Below, piece by piece: positions 9,794 to 17,209 of a stretch of 64,000 nucleotides of DNA. A program made the translations under genes and the position numbers. The stretch's first letter is position 1, and the number at the start of each line of letters is the position of its first letter. The stretch covers positions 8,990 to 72,989 of IMG/VR virus record IMGVR_UViG_3300032053_000047. One strand, written 5' to 3'. The notes beneath the pieces were generated by a model. That model ran no database searches. It saw only the letters and a program-made list of their open reading frames with translations, and had not been told where the DNA came from. The DNA comes from a virus.

Positions 9794-10310
9794 CATCTGC
9801 AACCTAATACTTAAAAAGTGGGGTGCTGAATCCGCCCTTGAACTCGGTTGCGGTATCTGCGGGATGATTTCCCGCCTGCATCTAAACGAACGCCGCGTCG
9901 GTATTGATAACTGGCAACCGTCTCTAGATGAAGCACGCGAGAAATTCCCTTTTGTAAAAACCATTTGCGCAGACATCCGCAGGGTAGGCGAGTTGTTCGT
10001 CCCCAGTAGTATAGATATCGTCTGCGGGTTCGATATCTTGGAACACCTCCTATATGCAGATGCTATGCAGGTTATGGATGCTGCCGAACGCATAGCCCGG
10101 AAAGGAGTCATTTGGTGGGGACCGCTCGAAGAAGACGAACCGCGCGATATTGAAACCCATGGCAACCCCGGCATGAAACACATACGGATTATCAACCTGA
10201 ATGAATTTGAGACACGGGATTATGAATTGATCACGTTTCCCCATTATTGGACAGAACTACCCATGTATGGGGCTACCGGATTTTTGGCATTCAAAGGAAG
10301 TGCGCAATGA
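9768..10310 (+). CDS. Class I SAM methyltransferase
   Basis: LELGCGICG, VGID, DIVCGFDILEHL. Confidence 0.9.
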   Translation: MIQTISIIDICNLILKKWGAESALELGCGICGMISRLHLNERRVGIDNWQPSLDEAREKFPFVKTICADIRRVGELFVPSSIDIVCGFDILEHLLYADAMQVMDAAERIARKGVIWWGPLEEDEPRDIETHGNPGMKHIRIINLNEFETRDYELITFPHYWTELPMYGATGFLAFKGSAQ

Positions 10311-11281
10311 CCCAATCAGGTCCGGCCTTAGTAACACAATATTTATCAGCCAGCACGTATCCGGCAAAACTGATTGCCGATCCGGGTACGATTGCGATGA
10401 TCAAACGCGGGTTTATCCCGCCCATTCACGTACAACTATCACCAACAAACCGTTGTACACGCGCCTGTAGTTTTTGCAACTGCCGGGGCCGCGACAAAGA
10501 CGCCGAACTATCATTAGCCCAGATCATGCAATGCCTCCGGGACTTTTTCTCGTTAGGTGCGCGGGCATTGACCATTACGGGCGGCGGCGAACCGCTTTGT
10601 TATCCCGATCTCGATGCCGTGATCGAGTTTGCTGCTAACCTCGGGTATGACGTGGGGCTGATCACAAACGGCGATTTACTGAGTGTGAAACCGTCAGATG
10701 CCGCGCTTCACCGCCTAACATGGTGCCGGATCAGTGCAAGCGATGAAACGAATCAGATAGCCGCACTGGAAGAGCGTGTTGCCGCCCATTTTTCCGTTGA
10801 CTGGGCGCTCAGTTATGTTGTCACGGCAAAATTCGATTCAAGTAACCTAATGGAACATATCGCATGGGCTGAACGCGCCAATATGACGCATATCCGCATC
10901 CTAGAAGATCACACCAATCTCGGCAAGACGCTGGGCATTGAACAGGTTGAAGCGCTTGTCGGGGTTGACAATCCGCGCATCATCTACCAGCACCGAAAAG
11001 AGTTCTTCCGCGGTCCCGCTAATTGCCGGATCGGATTGCTCAAGCCCTATGTCGGCTCTGAAGGAAACATATACCCCTGTTGCGGAATCCAATTCGCCCT
11101 CGGTGATAAACGATATGCTCTACCGAAAGAATTGTCTCTATGCGCTATTGAAGACATTAAAGAGTTCTGGCATAAGCCGACGCTATTCAACGGTTCCCAA
11201 TGCGTCCAGTGCTACTATCAAATGTACAATGACGTACTGCGGATTCTCACTTCCAATATTGCGCATGGGGGGTTTCTATAA
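10307..11281 (+). CDS. Radical SAM protein with SPASM/twitch-like C terminus
   Basis: CTRACSFC (CxxxCxxC), TGGGEP, ITNG, GNIYPCC, C-terminal CxxC. Confidence 0.92.
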   Translation: MTQSGPALVTQYLSASTYPAKLIADPGTIAMIKRGFIPPIHVQLSPTNRCTRACSFCNCRGRDKDAELSLAQIMQCLRDFFSLGARALTITGGGEPLCYPDLDAVIEFAANLGYDVGLITNGDLLSVKPSDAALHRLTWCRISASDETNQIAALEERVAAHFSVDWALSYVVTAKFDSSNLMEHIAWAERANMTHIRILEDHTNLGKTLGIEQVEALVGVDNPRIIYQHRKEFFRGPANCRIGLLKPYVGSEGNIYPCCGIQFALGDKRYALPKELSLCAIEDIKEFWHKPTLFNGSQCVQCYYQMYNDVLRILTSNIAHGGFL

Positions 11282-11452
11282 ATGGCCGACAAACCCAGAA
11301 CAATAAGCAGCGAGGAGTATCTGCGGCGTACTACCCAGTACGCGGCGGAATCTCAGGCCGAACGACTTGAAATGGAAAATAGTATGTTGCGGCAAGAAAA
11401 CGAGGAACTGAAACGGCGGTTAAAGTGCAAAGATAAAAAGGAGATACGCTAA
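11282..11452 (+). CDS. Small coiled-coil hypothetical protein
   Basis: 56-aa ORF (MADKPRTISSEEYLRR...) filling the gap; TAATG coupling to the next gene. Confidence 0.5.
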   Translation: MADKPRTISSEEYLRRTTQYAAESQAERLEMENSMLRQENEELKRRLKCKDKKEIR

Positions 11453-11778
11453 TGCGACAAGTAAGTTGGTATTTCAAGCAGATGTTACCGTTGCAATACA
11501 GGTCACGTTATAGTGAGGATGACAATGAATGTATAGCCATTTGGCGTATGTGGTTTGGTCGCGTATTTTGGCACCGGGTTTTTGCATTCCCAAGTAGCGG
11601 GTTTATTACTAGGGAATTTGCCAAAGCCATGACGCGAATTAAAAAGTTACAGGGAGCGATTCTTGCAATTGAACGTGCGCCATTAACCGAAATGAATTCC
11701 GATCTACGAACTGCAATCGGTGATGCAGTTAAGGTTGTATGGGAAGGTGCTAAATGCCTAAAGGAAGCGAATACGTGA
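11452..11778 (+). CDS. Hypothetical protein
   Basis: SD GGAG; in operon. Confidence 0.55.
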   Translation: MRQVSWYFKQMLPLQYRSRYSEDDNECIAIWRMWFGRVFWHRVFAFPSSGFITREFAKAMTRIKKLQGAILAIERAPLTEMNSDLRTAIGDAVKVVWEGAKCLKEANT

Positions 11779-11782
11779 AATC

Positions 11783-12202
11783 ATGAAACAAATCTATATC
11801 GGCACATGGGCGCTTAGCTGGCGAAACGTTGACCTATATGGACGCGAAGAATACGGAGGACATGGCGATGTACTACCCAAGGACAAGGGCAATGCCAGAC
11901 TCGAAATCTCTCTTGCGCCCAAAGAATGGGTTGATATTCTCTTTGCCCTGTTACATGAAACAGAAGAATTTCTATTAAACGAAGCTGGAGTAAGCTTCAG
12001 GAAGTTGCGCGATTGTTCAAACGATACAGGGAATAGATACTTTCAGTTTTCCCATCAGGAACTTACTTCAATCAACGCCCATCAAGCCGACTTCATCGCA
12101 GCCTGTGAAGACGCCGTGAAGAAGGCCTGGCGTGAGTTTAGGAAAAAACTCATGCCCCCTAAAGGCAAGAAGATTGCAAAAAAGAAAAAATCCACCAAAT
12201 GA
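11783..12202 (+). CDS. Hypothetical protein (degenerate HExxE zincin-like motif)
   Basis: ALLHETEE. Confidence 0.5.
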   Translation: MKQIYIGTWALSWRNVDLYGREEYGGHGDVLPKDKGNARLEISLAPKEWVDILFALLHETEEFLLNEAGVSFRKLRDCSNDTGNRYFQFSHQELTSINAHQADFIAACEDAVKKAWREFRKKLMPPKGKKIAKKKKSTK

Positions 12203-12474
12203 CTGCAACAGAAATTAGCGCACTCAATGCGACCGTAGACAAAATCCTCGGGGTTCTACAGGGTGAACCCGGCGAAACGGGACTTGTCAGTGAAGTTAAG
12301 GCTATTGGGGTAGAACTCGCTCAGCAAGGAGTCCGCCTTGAAATACACCTAACGGCACACAAGGAATGCGATACTAAAAAAGAAACTCGCATGTGGGATA
12401 TATTTAAGACCATACTTATTCCGCTTGCCGCCGGACTAGTTAGCGCAGCCCTCGTAGTATGGGGTCTAAAATGA
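12199..12474 (+). CDS. Small membrane protein (coiled coil + C-terminal TM helix)
   Basis: C-terminal ILIPLAAGLVSAALVVWGL. Confidence 0.6.
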   Translation: MTATEISALNATVDKILGVLQGEPGETGLVSEVKAIGVELAQQGVRLEIHLTAHKECDTKKETRMWDIFKTILIPLAAGLVSAALVVWGLK

Positions 12475-14348
12475 GCGCCCAGCGGGGTCGCCCCAACCTG
12501 CCGCCCGACGTGACGCGCGCGCAACAGGAACTTATCCGGGCATACCGAAATGCTACCCGGCGGCTAGAACGGCAACTCTCAGGAGCCGCCCTTACGGATT
12601 TCCAGCGGTTCCGAATCACCGAACAGCTTCAACAGATCCGAGTTATCATTGCAGCCCTTAATCAACAGGCCCAGGATGCCGCACAGCGCATGATCGGCCC
12701 ATCCTATAGGGTAGGGATCAAACTGTCCGCGGACGCCCTTGTACGGGCTGGTATCGAAGTGAATATGGGCAATGTATTGGCTACTGAGGCTATTGCGGTT
12801 GTTGCCGATCAAATGGCGATGGATCTTATTGCTGCGAATGCCAGTTTGGAAATACAGGCGCGGCGGTTTTTGCGGCTTACGCAACAAAAGTTGCTCACTG
12901 AACAACAGATTAACCAAGGGATCGCCCGAGGGATTATCGAAGGTGAAACCCGGAAACAGGTGAGCGACCGGCTGTTGAAGCAGCTTAAGGGGAAGATGGA
13001 AGAAGGCGCACGGATCGTTATCAAGTGCAAGGATGGCAAACTCCGGTCCTACGACCCGGCCCAATATGCCGAACTTGTAGCACGCACGCGCACGCGGGAA
13101 GCCGTTACGCAGGGGACGATCCGCACCGGCATGGACTATGAAGTCTACCTATTTCAGGTATCCGTGCATTCCGGGGCGTGTGAGATGTGTATCCCGTTTC
13201 AGGGCAAAGTGTTTGCTATAGTTGACGGTACGGGGTATCCGATACTAAAGGAAAGCCCCCCGTTTCATCCGAACTGCATTTTGCCGGAAACGCCTGTCTT
13301 TGCCCCTGGTAAGCGGGCCGCATTTGTTGCCGCCTACAACGGCCCGGTAATCGATATTATTCTGTCCAATTCCGCAAGGGTGTCCGTCACCCCGAATCAC
13401 ATGCTCCTGACCCCGACCGGGTTCGCTTTTGCAAAGGATCTTTGCGAGGGACAAGAGGTACTCTATAGCACCGCCTTTGAGAATGTAGTATTTGGACACC
13501 CAAATAATAACAACCGTCCATCCTTCATCGCGGATATAGTCGAATCGCTTTCTAAAACGAGCGGCATGTGCTCCAGTAGCGTGCCAGCTACCTCCGAAGA
13601 TTTCCACGGCGATGGGCGGTTCGTTAATAGCGACATCAATGTTATATGGGCCAATGGCCTTTTGCGAAGTAATATCGAATCCAAATCGGGCGAGGTGCCG
13701 AGCGAGAACGATTTCGATGGGACTGACATTGCTCTGTTTGGTCTCACGTGTTGTCGCACGACGGCAAAGATGCTCAAAACTTTGGCGCTTGCCGCGGACG
13801 GCATCATGGGCGGCTTTCGTGATGGCTGCGCGGCCCTCTGGCCCCATCTTCGCCATGGCAATTTTGGTGGCTTCGCTTCCAGTACGCTTCTTAATTTTAC
13901 CCCTGCGGAGAATTCCATCAATGACGCACTGAATTGTTCCGAATTCACGCATCAATTCTCCTACACTCTCTCCGGCACAATAGCGCGAGCAAATCTCATT
14001 CGCGGGCAACAACAGTCCCGGCCTTTGATTTCTCTTGATGCCCCGCCTTTTCAGGATGCCGTTAACATCAACGGGAAATTGTTTCTTGATTTCCTTAAAC
14101 GGAATTCTAGCCAAATAGGCGTTGCACACGTCGTCTTTAAGGGAATTCGGCAATATTCTGGGCATGTCTATGATCTCCAAACTGATTCATCATTATACCT
14201 ATGTAATGGCATAGTATCAAGTAATTGCGGCCATGTCCTAACTGCCTTTATCCCCCGCGACGACGAACAAAACACCGCCCTGCGCCAGTTTTCCCACACC
14301 CGGGGGGGCGTTGCAGATTATGAGGAATACCAGGCCGCAATAGCTTAA
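12471..14348 (+). CDS. Phage minor capsid protein (MuF/Phage_min_cap2-like), intein-containing
   Basis: YAELVARTRTREA, CEMCIPFQGK, and PPFHPN|CGH once the intein is removed. Confidence 0.88.
   Translation: MSAQRGRPNLPPDVTRAQQELIRAYRNATRRLERQLSGAALTDFQRFRITEQLQQIRVIIAALNQQAQDAAQRMIGPSYRVGIKLSADALVRAGIEVNMGNVLATEAIAVVADQMAMDLIAANASLEIQARRFLRLTQQKLLTEQQINQGIARGIIEGETRKQVSDRLLKQLKGKMEEGARIVIKCKDGKLRSYDPAQYAELVARTRTREAVTQGTIRTGMDYEVYLFQVSVHSGACEMCIPFQGKVFAIVDGTGYPILKESPPFHPNCILPETPVFAPGKRAAFVAAYNGPVIDIILSNSARVSVTPNHMLLTPTGFAFAKDLCEGQEVLYSTAFENVVFGHPNNNNRPSFIADIVESLSKTSGMCSSSVPATSEDFHGDGRFVNSDINVIWANGLLRSNIESKSGEVPSENDFDGTDIALFGLTCCRTTAKMLKTLALAADGIMGGFRDGCAALWPHLRHGNFGGFASSTLLNFTPAENSINDALNCSEFTHQFSYTLSGTIARANLIRGQQQSRPLISLDAPPFQDAVNINGKLFLDFLKRNSSQIGVAHVVFKGIRQYSGHVYDLQTDSSLYLCNGIVSSNCGHVLTAFIPRDDEQNTALRQFSHTRGGVADYEEYQAAIA
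13245..14165 (-). CDS. Vsr/DUF559-like homing endonuclease encoded antisense within the intein
   Basis: YNIDVAI...IAVEIFGGSWH...GWTVVIIW; N-terminal HTH-like repeats; alternative start at 14180. Confidence 0.8.
   Translation of the reverse strand: MPRILPNSLKDDVCNAYLARIPFKEIKKQFPVDVNGILKRRGIKRNQRPGLLLPANEICSRYCAGESVGELMREFGTIQCVIDGILRRGKIKKRTGSEATKIAMAKMGPEGRAAITKAAHDAVRGKRQSFEHLCRRATTRETKQSNVSPIEIVLARHLARFGFDITSQKAIGPYNIDVAINEPPIAVEIFGGSWHATGAHAARFRKRFDYIRDEGWTVVIIWVSKYYILKGGAIEYLLSLAKILCKSEPGRGQEHVIRGDGHPCGIGQNNIDYRAVVGGNKCGPLTRGKDRRFRQNAVRMKRGAFL
13275..14225 (+). mobile_element. Intein (317 aa) inserted in the HPN-C motif
   Basis: Starts CILPETPV; block B SVTPNHMLLT; ends YSGHVYDLQT...NGIVSSN, followed by Cys+1. 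Confidence 0.92.
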
Positions 14349-14357
14349 GCGGGTTTG

Positions 14358-14386
14358 TGGACAACTCAGGAAAGGTATGATATACT
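14358..14386 (+). promoter_or_regulatory. Sigma70-type promoter
   Basis: TGGACA-N17-TATACT with extended -10 TG. Confidence 0.65.
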
Positions 14387-14392
14387 ATTGCT

Positions 14393-14518
14393 GTGATTGG
14401 CTATGCCTGACAAGCGTAAGGTCGTCGTCTAGCTGGCTTAGGACAGTTCCAAAAAGGCAGTTTGTCGCTGCTGAGTACCGAGAAAACGCGGGTCCGAATC
14501 CCGCCGACCAGCCATCAC
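14393..14518 (+). ncRNA. tRNA-like structured RNA
   Basis: D-arm GTCT-AGCTGGCTT-AGGAC; T-arm GCGGG-TCCGAAT-CCCGC; acceptor GGTCG/CGACC; no canonical anticodon arm. Confidence 0.55.
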
Positions 14519-14716
14519 TCGCTTGCTTGAAAGCGATTTCCGCAATAACCTAACCCGCCTTTACCCAATCCGGTACAGTCCCCCATGCTTAATCTAATCC
14601 GCTAATGCGGAGGTGGAAGGCCCGTGCAGGGCCTTTGTTGCCACTGAAATCGCGTATGCGCCGTAGGTGACTTGGTGGTGGTGAAATTCACCTACCATAG
14701 AATAGGTAGAATTCTT

Positions 14717-14752
14717 GGCCCGCCAACATCATGGCGGGCCTTGTATTGTATT
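14717..14752 (+). terminator. Intrinsic terminator
   Basis: GGCCCGCCA-ACATCA-TGGCGGGCC followed by a T-rich tail. Confidence 0.6.
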
Positions 14753-14794
14753 CGCCTCTTTACCTTCCCCGGTACACTTCCCCACCCTATCCCC

Positions 14795-15091
14795 ATGTTG
14801 GACTCCTATCTGACAGATTCGATTGTGTGGGTTCAATCCACCGGAAACGATGAATTCGGCGATCCGCTGACTCCCACGTCCACCACGATCAAGGCCCGCG
14901 TCAATTGGGTTACGAAACTCGTAACGGACTTTGCGGGCGAACAGGTGCTTGCCGCGGGTCACGTGGACATGAAATCCAAACCGTCCCACGCTGATAACCT
15001 CACGATTAGCGGGGTAGATCACATCATTATCCGTATCGAAGAACTCAAATCCTACTCCCGCGTCTGGGGATACCGGGTGTATTTCCAATGA
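14795..15091 (+). CDS. Head closure protein
   Basis: NDEFGDP...IKARV pattern; first tail-joining gene; start moved to ATG 14795. Confidence 0.75.
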   Translation: MLDSYLTDSIVWVQSTGNDEFGDPLTPTSTTIKARVNWVTKLVTDFAGEQVLAAGHVDMKSKPSHADNLTISGVDHIIIRIEELKSYSRVWGYRVYFQ

Positions 15092-15558
15092 GCGCCGAAC
15101 GCGATCTATCTGCGGGCCTGGGCGCGGCTGATAAGGCCATGCGTGATGCGGCCATGTTCGGCATGGGCCGGGCAGGGTTGATGCTGTTACATGACTCAAT
15201 TTTAGAACAGCCGACAGTGCCGAAAAAAGAGGGTGATCTACGCGGGTCAGGTTCAGTTCATGTACAGGGCAAGTTCCTAGAGGCATCCCCGGCTATCGGT
15301 ATTGATTCAACGCCAAACACGGCCAACATTGACCCGCCGATTGGCGACGTTATCGAAGCCACGGTCGGATTCAACAAACCCTATGCGGCTGTCCAGCATG
15401 AAGGCACATGGCAGACCGGCCCGCTGGCAGGTGTCCAGATCGTCAACTACACCGAACCGTCAAGTGGGCCGAAATTTCTTGAATCCAAAATGGCGGCACA
15501 CGGCGAACGCTATATAGAAGAGGCAGCGGACACCATGCGGCGGAGGATGGGATCATGA
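15088..15558 (+). CDS. Neck/tail completion protein (HK97 gp10-like)
   Basis: VPKKEGDLRGSG, PYAAVQHE, PKFLE. Confidence 0.85.
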   Translation: MSAERDLSAGLGAADKAMRDAAMFGMGRAGLMLLHDSILEQPTVPKKEGDLRGSGSVHVQGKFLEASPAIGIDSTPNTANIDPPIGDVIEATVGFNKPYAAVQHEGTWQTGPLAGVQIVNYTEPSSGPKFLESKMAAHGERYIEEAADTMRRRMGS

Positions 15559-15968
15559 TGAAATCCTTCTGCTGCTGGCTGGTAGATCAGCTTCCCACGG
15601 GCGATCTCGTATTGGGTGATACATTGCACCGGGGGTTCATGCCGCAAGACGTTCCGAACCTTTGTACGGCAATTATGGAACGCACACCGGGCCGGACAAA
15701 TCCATATCTAGATCATCGGACGGAGAAATATTATCAGCTTTTGACGCGGGGACCCTCCTATACCGCCGCTGAAACTGAAGCCCGGAAAATCTATGCCGTT
15801 GTCATCAACCTTCGGGCGATTGATCTCACCCCTTATGTGAATACCGGCGAAGACATTTACACCATTCTGATTACTGAAGGCAATGAACCGGCGTATATCG
15901 GACAGGACCCGAAGAGCCGGTTTGTGTTCAGCGCAAACCTGACCCTGCGGGTCAAAAAGGAGAATTAA
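15555..15968 (+). CDS. Tail terminator protein
   Basis: YQLLTRG...PAYIGQD...FSAN; position before the major tail gene. Confidence 0.75.
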   Translation: MMKSFCCWLVDQLPTGDLVLGDTLHRGFMPQDVPNLCTAIMERTPGRTNPYLDHRTEKYYQLLTRGPSYTAAETEARKIYAVVINLRAIDLTPYVNTGEDIYTILITEGNEPAYIGQDPKSRFVFSANLTLRVKKEN

Positions 15969-15969
15969 A

Positions 15970-16521
15970 ATGTTTCCAAGCACAGACCTTGGCCCGTGCG
16001 AAATATGGGCCGGAACTAACATTGCGGCTGCCGTCAAAATCTGCGACACCGTTGGCGGATTCAAACTCGGCTATACCGAAGAATACGCCGAAACCAAAAT
16101 GGACAAAACAGGCAACCGCGGTCGATCTAAAGTAGTCATTGGCGGCGAATGCAAAGGCACTGGCGCAGCCGGTGAAGCAACTTTAACGCAGATTGCCGCA
16201 CTAGCAGGTCAAACCGTTGATACCGGGGGTACTCGGCTCGCGTTAAATTCACGTATTGGCGATGACCTTCGGGCCGACGCCCAGCTTGTCGTGATCAAGC
16301 CGATCATCAACAACGTAGTAAGTACTACGGCTGCCGACTGGTTCTATATCCCGGCGGCAACGTTTGAGGTCAACTGGGAGCTTGTGTGGGACGTTTCCGG
16401 CCAGCGCGTGTATGGATTCGCTATCGAAGGCCATCCCGTAACAGAAGATGAAATAGTCACTGGCGGACGCCTCATATCGGACGGGTATGACGAAGGCGAC
16501 ATCCTCGTACTCGGCAACTAA
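15970..16521 (+). CDS. Major tail (tube) protein
   Basis: DLGPCEI..., GGFKLGY; size and position. Confidence 0.8.
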   Translation: MFPSTDLGPCEIWAGTNIAAAVKICDTVGGFKLGYTEEYAETKMDKTGNRGRSKVVIGGECKGTGAAGEATLTQIAALAGQTVDTGGTRLALNSRIGDDLRADAQLVVIKPIINNVVSTTAADWFYIPAATFEVNWELVWDVSGQRVYGFAIEGHPVTEDEIVTGGRLISDGYDEGDILVLGN

Positions 16522-16584
16522 TTTCAAATAATGGAACTGGGGGCCGGTATGGTCCGGCCCCCGCATACAACGGAGGTTTTACTT

Positions 16585-16908
16585 GTGGCTCGACACATGA
16601 ATATTGATGAATTGCCCTCGGCTAACGAAGCAGTGACGTTTACGCTTGGCGGCAAAATCTACACAATTACCGATTATAGCCGCGAGATGTACGGGCGAGT
16701 CCTTGCTATTGAAGAAGAGGGACAGGCGAGCAATCAGAACCCTGGCGCAATCCACGCAAAACAGTTGGCCATGATGACGGGCCAGCCGGAGGAAGAGTTC
16801 CTAGTTGTGAATGATTTGCGCAAAACGGCAGCGGCAATTGGATTCGCCATGGGCGCCATTATCGAATCAGCGGATGCGGCCACAAATAGAAAAAAGCCGA
16901 GGCGGTAG
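16585..16908 (+). CDS. Tail assembly chaperone (gpG-like)
   Basis: SD GGAGG at 16572 before GTG 16585; between tail tube and tape measure genes. Confidence 0.75.
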   Translation: MARHMNIDELPSANEAVTFTLGGKIYTITDYSREMYGRVLAIEEEGQASNQNPGAIHAKQLAMMTGQPEEEFLVVNDLRKTAAAIGFAMGAIIESADAATNRKKPRR

Positions 16909-17207
16909 CTGATGTTTGGGGGACGTTCCCCGGATTTAGTTACCGTGAAATAAAGAGGCTTCCCGAACGCCCCATAGTGTTAGCGTCGTGGGTACGGCAG
17001 GCACAACGGATTGAAGCACGCCGACAGTTAGACGCGATGACAGCAGCGGATATCCCATTTATGGATAACGACAAACGCGAAAAGTTGCGCAGAACGTTGA
17101 TCCAGATCGCTGAGACAGAAGACATACGGGCGGAGGCCACGCAAGAAGCGCAGTGGGCGGCTAACCGCGAATCAGTACGGCGTGGGTTGAAGAGAAAAAG
17201 GATCTAG
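16890..17207 (+). CDS. -1 frameshift extension (gpGT-like)
   Basis: Slippery heptamer A-AAA-AAG at 16890-16896; the -1 frame is open to TAG 17207. Confidence 0.8.
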   Translation, partial: KKAEAVADVWGTFPGFSYREIKRLPERPIVLASWVRQAQRIEARRQLDAMTAADIPFMDNDKREKLRRTLIQIAETEDIRAEATQEAQWAANRESVRRGLKRKRI

Positions 17208-17209
17208 TC

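Noticed and set aside
16890-16896. -1 frameshift as a novelty
   Set aside because: Standard tail chaperone G/GT mechanism; listed as a feature only
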